DNA of 60,918 nt, filler included. It is 3 parts of 3 records of this genome, joined end to end, with 100 filler letters (N's around TTAATTAATTAA, not from the genome) between each part and the next. Parts side by side here need not be neighbours in the genome. Positions count along the whole stretch, not along the records: positions 16,710 to 29,698 come from SRR20825006_877; 2 more parts are not named here. One strand, 5' to 3'. The position numbers and the translations under genes were made by a program. The notes beneath the pieces are model-generated. The model ran no database searches. It was not told the DNA's origin and saw nothing but the letters and a program-made list of their open reading frames with translations. This document shows positions 18,086 to 26,067 of the stretch, piece by piece; positions within the stretch are counted from its first letter, which is position 1; each line of letters starts with the position of its first letter.

Positions 18086-19150
18086 TCACTCGCTGGCAAA
18101 TTCGGCCATATAGACGATCAGAGTTTCCTTTTTATTCTTCGGCGCTTCGAATTTCCACCGTCGCACGAGCTCGGTCATGCACTCCATGACCCCGGCATCC
18201 TGGATGGTCGAGCCATCGAAGATCACGCTGGCGACGCTCCCATCGGGCTTGACGCTGACCGTGGTCACCAGCACCCCTTCGAGCGCGGGGTTTTTGGCGA
18301 GGCCGCGTTCATAGCAAAAACGAAGCTGCGCGCGGCGTGGTTCGAGCGCGGCCTTGACCTCTTTGGTCGAGATACCACCCGCGACGCTCAAGCCCACGTC
18401 GGTCATTTTGGCGGGGCTCCCGCCATCGATCACAGGCAGACCATCAGGGGTGATTTCAGCGGCGCGCTCGGGTGGCGCAGCCTTGGCGGCTTCTTTCGCG
18501 CGCTCGAACTCTTCGAGCGCGTCGCAGGCGGGCACGAGCGAAATCTCACAAGCATTCTTGTAGTATTTCATCGTGTCCGCCATGGGCAGTGAGCCCGGCG
18601 CTGGAGGACGGATCAACTCCTCGTAGCTGTGCTCGGCGCGGCGATCTTTGAGGCGCCTGGCGCGCTCGAGAGAAAAAGCGATCTCCTGCCCGTCATAATC
18701 GACGCCGACCTGCATCCAAACCATGAGCGCGTAGTCGTAGCACGCTTTCTTGTGCTCGAGATCGCAGGCTCGGAACATGGCCATGGCCGCGCGCGAGGTC
18801 ATCGCTGGCTCGGTCGAGACCGCGAGCGTGGAGAGCGCGAAGTCATGGCAAGCCTGTGCCTCGCCATTGTCACACCTGGCTTCGAGCGGCGTCTTCGCGC
18901 CATGAAGCTTTGATGAGTGCGCCTCATCGGCGAGCGCATCTTGCGGCGAGGCGACCTCGGATTTCTCCTCTCTCGCCTCGGGGGCTGTTCGGTTCGGCTG
19001 CGCGCCGAGCTTGTAACTCGGCGTCGACTTGTCCGACTTCACTGCCTTGTTATTTTGTGGCACAGAGCAAGCGAGCAGAGAGATCAGGAGCAAACACGCG
19101 GAGCAACCGAGCGCCAGATCGCGGATAGGAGTCCTCATGAGCATTCTCAT
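18086..19150 (-). CDS. Lipoprotein with Sel1-like repeats and a C-terminal AgmX/PglI (TonB-C-like) domain
   Basis: Lipobox SLLAC; CDNGEAQAC, CDLEHKKAC, CEISLVPAC repeats; LRFCYERGLAKNPALEG...VMECMTELVRRWKFEAP; start could be 19138. Confidence 0.75.
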   Translation of the reverse strand: MRMLMRTPIRDLALGCSACLLLISLLACSVPQNNKAVKSDKSTPSYKLGAQPNRTAPEAREEKSEVASPQDALADEAHSSKLHGAKTPLEARCDNGEAQACHDFALSTLAVSTEPAMTSRAAMAMFRACDLEHKKACYDYALMVWMQVGVDYDGQEIAFSLERARRLKDRRAEHSYEELIRPPAPGSLPMADTMKYYKNACEISLVPACDALEEFERAKEAAKAAPPERAAEITPDGLPVIDGGSPAKMTDVGLSVAGGISTKEVKAALEPRRAQLRFCYERGLAKNPALEGVLVTTVSVKPDGSVASVIFDGSTIQDAGVMECMTELVRRWKFEAPKNKKETLIVYMAEFASE

Positions 19151-19342
19151 CGATGTGAGGTTAGCGGGAGCGACGGTAAGCAGTATCCCAGAAACAGTGG
19201 TTCGCGATCCACCCTCACCGCACGAGATCGATCGCGATCTCGATATTGGTCGTATGAAGAAGGGGCGTTTTGTGCAAAACCATTGGCAACACTATCATCC
19301 TGTCAGCACCATCCCCATGTTTCTGTACCGGAGAGGTTGAAG

Positions 19343-20200
19343 ATGAACCACGTCAAACGTGTGGCCGAACTCATCGATGAGGATGTCGTCGAGTCCCGAG
19401 AGGTCGCGCAGGGCCAGGTCGGAATCGTGCTCTGGATCAAGAGCGCCTCGGGTCGAGAGCTCGTGGCGAAGTTCAATGGCGAGCACAACGAGAACCTCCT
19501 GATCGAGGCGAGGATGCTCGACGACCTCTTTGCTCTCGCCGACATCCCATCGCCGGAAGTGCTCGCGCGATCCTCGGATTGCCTGATCATGCCCTACGTC
19601 CCATCCCACCCTGGCCGCGTGTCCGAAAGCGCCGAGGCGCACGCCGCGCGATGTGTCGCCAAACTCCACGCTCATAGCCCCGAGGATGGTCGCTACGGGT
19701 ACTCCTATGACACGCTCATCGGCGGCCTGGACCAGCCAAACCCGTGGGAGGAGGATTGGATCACCTTCTTCTCACAGCATCGCCTCGTGCGTATGGGGAG
19801 GCAATGCATGGAGAAGGGGCGCTTTGGCGAGGACGTCATGCAAAAGATCGACGCGTTGGCTGACCGCCTCGGTGACCTGATCCCGGAACCTCGCGAGGCG
19901 GGGCTGGTGCACGGTGATTTGTGGGGAGGAAACATCCTCTGGGGCGAGGAGACAGTCGCGGCCTTTATCGACCCGGCGCTCTGTTACGCCGATCCCGAGG
20001 CCGAGCTCGCCTTCTCGACGATGTTCCACACCTTCACGCCGCGCTTCTACGAGATTTACGGCGAACACCGCCCGCTCTCGGAAGACTTCTGGGAAGTGCG
20101 AAAGCCGCTCTACAACCTCTACCCGCTGCTCGTGCACGTCATGATCTATGGTGGCGGTTACCAGGCCGAGGTCGAGCAGACGCTCGCGCGGTTCTCGTAA
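19343..20200 (+). CDS. Fructosamine kinase family protein
   Basis: TLIGGLDQPN, WITFFSQHRL, LVHGDLWGGN, FIDPA..YADPEAELA, LYNLYPLLVH; GGAGAGG RBS. Confidence 0.92.
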   Translation: MNHVKRVAELIDEDVVESREVAQGQVGIVLWIKSASGRELVAKFNGEHNENLLIEARMLDDLFALADIPSPEVLARSSDCLIMPYVPSHPGRVSESAEAHAARCVAKLHAHSPEDGRYGYSYDTLIGGLDQPNPWEEDWITFFSQHRLVRMGRQCMEKGRFGEDVMQKIDALADRLGDLIPEPREAGLVHGDLWGGNILWGEETVAAFIDPALCYADPEAELAFSTMFHTFTPRFYEIYGEHRPLSEDFWEVRKPLYNLYPLLVHVMIYGGGYQAEVEQTLARFS

Positions 20201-20218
20201 CTCATAACGCGCTCGCGC

Positions 20219-20298
20219 GGACCCGAGGGGCGGCGACATTTGCCCCAGGTCTTCGCGAGGTTGCCCCGCGGTGGCAAATGTCGCCGCCCCTCGGGTCC
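20219..20298. repeat. Long intergenic palindrome (26-bp perfect arms, 28-nt loop) between convergent genes
   Basis: GGACCCGAGGGGCGGCGACATTTGCC (20219-20244) and its exact reverse complement (20273-20298). Confidence 0.9.
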
Positions 20299-20395
20299 TC
20301 GGCAACCGATGCGTCGTGCAGCAACACTCACCGCGCGATGTCCATAAACCATCCATTCGTGCGGCGAGGAGAGCACCGAAGCAAGTCCCCTCGCC

Positions 20396-21097
20396 TCAAG
20401 ATTTGGCGAGTGATTTTGCCATGGCCCGAAGCGCCGTGGCGCGGTGCGAGACGCTGTTTTTCTGCTCGGCGGGGACCTCCGCGTTGGTCTTGCCCCACTC
20501 GGGGACGAGGAAGTGAGGATCGTATCCGAAGCCTCCTTCACCGCGCGCCTCATCGATGATCTCGCCCTCCATTTCACCACGCCACCACGCCACGATCCGG
20601 TCCTCGACGAGGCCAGGAGTTCCTGGCTGTTGTGGGATGCCCTCGACGCGCGGGGCGCGCGCCTCGAGGCGCGCGATGAGCAAGTCTCCGAGCGGATCTC
20701 CGGGCACGAGCGCCAGGCAAATCGTGGCCACGTAGCGCGCCGTGCGTGGCGCATCAGGCAACGCAGCGAGGCGCTCGATCAGGAGGCGGTTGTTCGCCTC
20801 GTCATCGCGAGGTTCGCCAGCAAAGCGCGCGCTGTAGACGCCCGGAGCGCCATCCAAAGCGTCGACCGCCAGGCCGGAGTCCTCGCTCATCGCGCAAACG
20901 CCCGCGTTTTGCGAAGTCTCCACCGCCTTCTTGACCGCGTTCCCGAGGAACGTATTACGATCCTCGACGACATCGGGGAGCGGCTCGGGCCAGCTCGCCA
21001 TATCGATGAAGTCGACCTCCTCCTCGAAGAGGTCCGAGAGCATCATCGCGAATTCACGACGCTTTCCAGGGTTGCTTGTCGCCACGAGCAGTTGCAT
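20396..21097 (-). CDS. rdgB: Non-canonical purine NTP pyrophosphatase (Ham1/RdgB)
   Basis: ATSNPGK, NAVKKA, EDSGLAVDALDGAPGVYSARF, GFGYDPHF, KNSVSHR. Confidence 0.93.
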   Translation of the reverse strand: MQLLVATSNPGKRREFAMMLSDLFEEEVDFIDMASWPEPLPDVVEDRNTFLGNAVKKAVETSQNAGVCAMSEDSGLAVDALDGAPGVYSARFAGEPRDDEANNRLLIERLAALPDAPRTARYVATICLALVPGDPLGDLLIARLEARAPRVEGIPQQPGTPGLVEDRIVAWWRGEMEGEIIDEARGEGGFGYDPHFLVPEWGKTNAEVPAEQKNSVSHRATALRAMAKSLAKS

Positions 21098-21243
21098 GAT
21101 CACCTCACGAGCCGAGCATGCCTTGAAGAAAACAGGCACACCCATTGCAGTAACACATCGAGGATAGCGCGGACTCCGCTGATTTATTTACACCGCGGAT
21201 TCCCCGATGACAGGCATGGGTGCTCGACGATACGAGGCTTACG

Positions 21244-22617
21244 ATGTGGTGCAAGCGAAATTTATGGGGACGGACAGGTCGATGGGCTGGAGCAACGATG
21301 CTCCTCGTGTGGATGATAAGCCTTGGAGGATGCCCCGAGGCCAAAGATCCACTCGACGAGAAGCTCGAGGGTGAGATCGTCGAGCACAACCTCCGTCCGC
21401 TGGAAAAACCAGCCGAGCAAAGCGCCGCCAAGATCGAGCTCGGGCGAACGCTCTTCTTCGATCGCATCCTGAGTGGCAACCGCGATGTCTCGTGCGCGAC
21501 ATGCCACCACCCCGATCATCACACCGCAGATAGCCGAGAACTCTCCGCTGGCGTTGGCGGCGAGGGGCTCGGTCCAGATCGCGTCCTCGCCGCAGGCCGA
21601 GAGCTCACTCCGAGGAACGCGCCCTCCCTGTTCAATCAGGGCGACTCCGCGTGGCACACGCGATTCTGGGATGGACGCATCGAGATCTACGCGAGCGGGG
21701 AGATTCGGACCCCTGCGGCGGGATCTCTCCCCCCTGGGTTGGACAACATCGCCGCGGTGCAGGCGATGTTCCCGGTCACGAGCCGTGAAGAAATGCGCGG
21801 TGAACGCGGTGATGTGGACATCGACGGCCAGCCCAACGAGATCGCCGAGCAGTACGACAGCGAGCACGGTCAGATCTGGGGCAAGCTGATGCTTCGACTG
21901 ATCGAGATCCCGCGCTACCGCGAGTTATTCGCAGCGGCCTACCCCGATATCGAACCAGAACAGCTCGGCTTCGAGCACGCGGCCAACGCCATCGCAGCGT
22001 TTGAAATCAAAGCCTTCACGCTGACCGAGAGCCCCTTCGATCGATACCTCGCGGGCGATAAGGACGCGTTGTCCGAGGACGCCAAAAAAGGCGCCGTGCT
22101 TTTCTTTGGCGAGGCAGGCTGTGGCCAATGTCACAGCGGCCCACTGCTGACCGATCAGAAGTTCTACAACATCGGCGCGCCACAACTCGGGCCTGGCAAG
22201 GAACCGGAGGTACCGCTCGACAACGGGCGAGCCCGCGTATCACTGAGCCCGGAGGATACCCACAAGTTCAGGACGCCTTCTCTGCACAATGTCGCGGACA
22301 CAGCGCCCTACTTGCACTCGGGCGCATTCCACAAGCTCGAGGACGTCATATTGCACCACATGGACCCGAGGTCGTCATACCTTGCATACGATGCAACAAT
22401 GCTCGCCGAGCCGCTTCGCGACACGGTTTTGATGGACGAGCAATACCGAGAGAGATTGTTGGCGTCGGTCTCGCCAGAGTTCGCGGTTGTTCCTGATCTG
22501 AGCGCCGAACAAATTCGCTTGTTGGTGAGCTTTCTGGAAGCACTCAGCAGTCCAAAACTCCAGCAGCTGGAGCGTTGGGTTCCAGAGCAGGTTCCGAGCG
22601 GGCTACCCATCGATTGA
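21244..22617 (+). CDS. Di-heme cytochrome c peroxidase/MauG-family lipoprotein
   Basis: LGRTLFFD.ILSG, CATCH, RNAPSL, FWDGR, CGQCH, FRTPSLHNV..TAPYLHSG; lipobox-like SLGGC. Confidence 0.9.
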   Translation: MWCKRNLWGRTGRWAGATMLLVWMISLGGCPEAKDPLDEKLEGEIVEHNLRPLEKPAEQSAAKIELGRTLFFDRILSGNRDVSCATCHHPDHHTADSRELSAGVGGEGLGPDRVLAAGRELTPRNAPSLFNQGDSAWHTRFWDGRIEIYASGEIRTPAAGSLPPGLDNIAAVQAMFPVTSREEMRGERGDVDIDGQPNEIAEQYDSEHGQIWGKLMLRLIEIPRYRELFAAAYPDIEPEQLGFEHAANAIAAFEIKAFTLTESPFDRYLAGDKDALSEDAKKGAVLFFGEAGCGQCHSGPLLTDQKFYNIGAPQLGPGKEPEVPLDNGRARVSLSPEDTHKFRTPSLHNVADTAPYLHSGAFHKLEDVILHHMDPRSSYLAYDATMLAEPLRDTVLMDEQYRERLLASVSPEFAVVPDLSAEQIRLLVSFLEALSSPKLQQLERWVPEQVPSGLPID

Positions 22618-23503
22618 TTCCGCCAAGGAACACCCCGAGCAGGATCAACCCGCCTCCCCAGAACACCTCGTCCTTGGGGATCTCGCCGAGCCAGAGCCAG
22701 GCGATCAGCGACGCGATCGGGGGCACGAGCAGCATCATTTGCGCCGCGCGCGAGGTCGAGAGCACGCGCAACGCGAACATGCTCAATACGCCCCCGAGGC
22801 AGATCGGTCCCACCCCCAGATAGAGCGTGATCCCCCACGCCTCTGGACTCATTCCAGTCAGCGTGCCCACGCAAAACGGGATGTAGAAGAGGAACGGTAA
22901 CGTCCCGAAGGCGGTCACGTGAATGCTCAGATCGAGCGCCGAGTAACGCTCGAGCAAGCGCTTCTGGAGCGTCATGTTCACCGCCGCGCAAAGCGACGCC
23001 GCGAGCACCAGGATCGCCCCCGTAGAGAAGGTCGCGCCGCTCAAATCCACGCTGAGCATGCACACACCCAAAAAGCTCACCAGCAGACCGATCATCCCCA
23101 TCTTGCTCAGGCGCTCGCCGAGGAACTTGCGCGCGAAGAGCGCCGTCCAGATCGGGATCGTCGCGATGATGAAGCTCGCCAACCCTGCGGTAATCGTCGC
23201 CAACCCGAAGTTGAGCGCCAGATGGTAGAAGGCATGGCCAGTCAAACCCGCAGCGATCACCGCAGGCAAATCACGGCGCGCGGGTAATCCGATCCTCATG
23301 AACAGGCCAAATAACGCCATCGCACCGCCAGCAAAGACCATCCGCGCGGTGGTCAACGTGAGCGCGTCGACCTCCTGGAGCACACGCCGCAACCCGGCAA
23401 ACGCAGACGCCCAGATCACCATCGTGATCAGGAGCAACACGTAGGCCACCGCGCGCTGTGTCGCGGTCGGTCGATTCGGGGTGGTTTGCGCAGGTTGAGT
23501 CAT
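22544..23503 (-). CDS. DMT/EamA family transporter
   Basis: About 10 hydrophobic helices, IWASAF, PIWTALFARKFLGERL, WLGE motif. Confidence 0.9.
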   Translation of the reverse strand: MTQPAQTTPNRPTATQRAVAYVLLLITMVIWASAFAGLRRVLQEVDALTLTTARMVFAGGAMALFGLFMRIGLPARRDLPAVIAAGLTGHAFYHLALNFGLATITAGLASFIIATIPIWTALFARKFLGERLSKMGMIGLLVSFLGVCMLSVDLSGATFSTGAILVLAASLCAAVNMTLQKRLLERYSALDLSIHVTAFGTLPFLFYIPFCVGTLTGMSPEAWGITLYLGVGPICLGGVLSMFALRVLSTSRAAQMMLLVPPIASLIAWLWLGEIPKDEVFWGGGLILLGVFLGGINRWVARSEPALEPNAPAAGVLDC

Positions 23504-23589
23504 CGAAGTTTTACTGGCGCGATGTCATATCGGCTGAAGTTTCGGGATCTGCAGGATAACGATGCTCGCGTAAAACACGAGATAAATTG

Positions 23590-24975
23590 TCACACGATCG
23601 AGAGCGCTTCCTGGCACGCGCGGTAAATCTGACGCGCGCGCACATCATCCATACCGAACAAATCCGCGACGATCTCACTCTCGAACAAGGGTTGATTCGC
23701 CTCGAGCCCTTCGAGCGTCTGTCTGTAGGCGAGGCGCGCTCGAGCGATCTCGTTCTCGCCTTCGTGCAACCTCGCGAGTTCGAAGGACGCCAACCAGTGG
23801 AACGGGTTGAGAAACAACGCCTTTCGCAACGCATCGATCGCGTTCTTTCGCGCATTGTCCCTCAACAACAAGCCGATCAGGAAGTACGCGTTTGGCACGA
23901 AGGGATCGTAACTCGCGACCGCCTCGAAACAGGCCAACGCGCTGTCGCTGTCATTGCTCTTCATCAGGTATTGCACGCCGGTCTCGAGCAACTCCTGGAC
24001 GGCCTCGCGCTGGTCGAGCTCGACCGTGTCCTCGTCGAGCTCGCTCGGCGGGCCGCTCGCGAGATCGCGCAAGGTCTCGTAAGAGAGGTCTTGCTCACCG
24101 ACCATCGGGAACCCGTAGATCGTGGCTCCCGGAGGTGTCGCGCTCAACCTGTAGACAAAGCCCGCGCCATGTTTGGCCGCGCGAAACGGCGCCCTGTGCC
24201 CCTCGGGATAGTAGCTCGAGAGTTGTTCTGAAGATCCGAGCATCAGGTAGCCATCGTGTTGAAGTACGCTGGCGAAGTTCTCGATCACCCGACGTGTGGC
24301 GAACTCCGCGAAGTAGATCAACACGTTCCTGCACAGGATCAAATCCCACCCATGCAGTGATGGCGCCAGCGGAGGTTGTTCGAGCAGGTTGTGCTGCCGA
24401 AAATAAACGCGCTGACGCAAGGACGCGGAGATGTCGTAATCCCCACCACCGCGATGCACGAAGTAGTCCTGCGCGCGGCGAGCGTCGAGGCGGCGCAGGC
24501 TCCACTCGCCGTAGTGCCCATCGCGCGCGTGCGAGAGAAAGTCCGAGTTCACGTCCGTCCCCAGGATGATGGTCGGGACGGTTGTCTCATGGGCGAGCAT
24601 AGAGAGCGTGTAGGCTTCCTCGCCGGTCGCACAGCCCGCGCACCAGATCGAAACAGGGTGGGTCTGCGTGTCGCGATTGCTGGCGATCTGCTTCATCGCC
24701 AGCGCGACCGCGTCGAGCTGTGGAGTATCCCTCCAGAACGCGGTCAGGCCGTTGGTCACGAGGTTGACGAGGCGGCGCGCCTCGGGCGCATCGATCGAGA
24801 GCTTCTCGGCGTGTGAGACGTAATCGGCGGGATCATAGAACCCGAGCGTCGACGCGCGTCGCTCGAGGAACTCGTAGAGGCGCTCGGGCGCGGCGCCGTT
24901 GAGTTTGACACCGACCCAACTCTCGATGAGCGCGCAAGCCCGCAAGACCACTGTGCTGCGTGTCTCTCTCGGCAT
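23590..24975 (-). CDS. cheR: CheR-type protein-glutamate methyltransferase with C-terminal TPR
   Basis: TNGLTAFWRD, IWCAGCATGEEAYTL, GTDVN, DLILCRNVLIYF; C-terminal AYFLIG..ALRKALFLNP TPR. Confidence 0.92.
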   Translation of the reverse strand: MPRETRSTVVLRACALIESWVGVKLNGAAPERLYEFLERRASTLGFYDPADYVSHAEKLSIDAPEARRLVNLVTNGLTAFWRDTPQLDAVALAMKQIASNRDTQTHPVSIWCAGCATGEEAYTLSMLAHETTVPTIILGTDVNSDFLSHARDGHYGEWSLRRLDARRAQDYFVHRGGGDYDISASLRQRVYFRQHNLLEQPPLAPSLHGWDLILCRNVLIYFAEFATRRVIENFASVLQHDGYLMLGSSEQLSSYYPEGHRAPFRAAKHGAGFVYRLSATPPGATIYGFPMVGEQDLSYETLRDLASGPPSELDEDTVELDQREAVQELLETGVQYLMKSNDSDSALACFEAVASYDPFVPNAYFLIGLLLRDNARKNAIDALRKALFLNPFHWLASFELARLHEGENEIARARLAYRQTLEGLEANQPLFESEIVADLFGMDDVRARQIYRACQEALSIV

Positions 24976-24977
24976 CC

Positions 24978-26066
24978 TCAACCTCGCGTCCTGGTCAGTC
25001 GTGAGACCACCAGCGAAAGCTGCTCGGCCATCTTCTCCAAGGCCACGACCTCGAGCACCGCCTCGCGCTGGATCGCCGCGCTGGGCATCCCCCAGACGAC
25101 GCTCGAGGCGCGATCCTGTGCCATCGTGGGCGCGCCCTGCGCGCGCAACTTCGCCAACCCTCGCGCGCCGTCATCTCCCATCCCGCTAAGGATGATCCCG
25201 ACACTTCGCCTGGGCGCATGACGCGCCATGCTCTCGAGCAAATGATCTCCCGATGGGCAGTGCGTCGAGGGCTTGTTCTCCTTGGAGCGCTGGTGCTCGA
25301 AGCGGATCTTGCCATCGGCATCGATCTTGGTGTGCTTCCCCCCTGGAGCGATCATCACTGTCCCGGGTTCGGGCATGGCGCCTTCGTGCGCTTCGATCAC
25401 GCGCAACTTGGTGTTCGTATCCAACCAACGCGCCAGATGCTCGGTGAACCCCTGCGTGATGTGTTGCACGATCACGACGCCACCCTCGAAGTCCCTGTCG
25501 AGATCCCCGAGCAATCGCGCCAGCGCCTTTGGACCTCCAGTCGATGCGACGATCCCCACGAGCGGCGAGCCGGGCAACTTGTCGCGCCTGCTCGCCTCGG
25601 CCAGACGGGGAGTCAGTGATACGTCTCGCTGCTTCTTGAGCTTGCCGCGCACATGACGGATCACCGGGATCTGCGCCAGCAAGCGAACCTTGCGCAGCAA
25701 ATCCGAGCGCGAGGCTTCGGCGTCCGGGAGCAACATCGGCTTGGCGATCAGATCGAGCGCGCCCGCCGAGAGCGCCTTGAATGAAAGATCCACGCCATTT
25801 CGATAAGGGTCCGAGGTCACCACGAGGATCGGTGTTGGCGAGGTCGCCATGATCTGCTCTGTGGCGCTCAGCCCATCGAGCCGGGGCATCTGGATATCCA
25901 TGACCACCAGATCTGGCGACAGCTCGCCACACAGGTGCACCGCGTCCTCGCCATTGTCGACGGTCGCGATCACCTCGATATCTGGTTCGCCAGAGAGCAA
26001 CTCTTCGAGCACTTGCGCGAAGAGCTCGCTGTCCTCGGCGATTAAAATCCGTAACGGAGAAGGCAT
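24978..26066 (-). CDS. cheB: Protein-glutamate methylesterase with receiver domain
   Basis: REC (ILIAEDS, DLVVMDIQMP, IAKP); catalytic ASTGG, VQHI, LSGMGDDG. Confidence 0.95.
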   Translation of the reverse strand: MPSPLRILIAEDSELFAQVLEELLSGEPDIEVIATVDNGEDAVHLCGELSPDLVVMDIQMPRLDGLSATEQIMATSPTPILVVTSDPYRNGVDLSFKALSAGALDLIAKPMLLPDAEASRSDLLRKVRLLAQIPVIRHVRGKLKKQRDVSLTPRLAEASRRDKLPGSPLVGIVASTGGPKALARLLGDLDRDFEGGVVIVQHITQGFTEHLARWLDTNTKLRVIEAHEGAMPEPGTVMIAPGGKHTKIDADGKIRFEHQRSKENKPSTHCPSGDHLLESMARHAPRRSVGIILSGMGDDGARGLAKLRAQGAPTMAQDRASSVVWGMPSAAIQREAVLEVVALEKMAEQLSLVVSRLTRTRG

Positions 26067-26067
26067 C

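Noticed and set aside
18917-19342. N-terminal extension of the fructosamine kinase ORF
   Set aside because: Overlaps the divergent gene; the RBS and family start fit ATG 19343.
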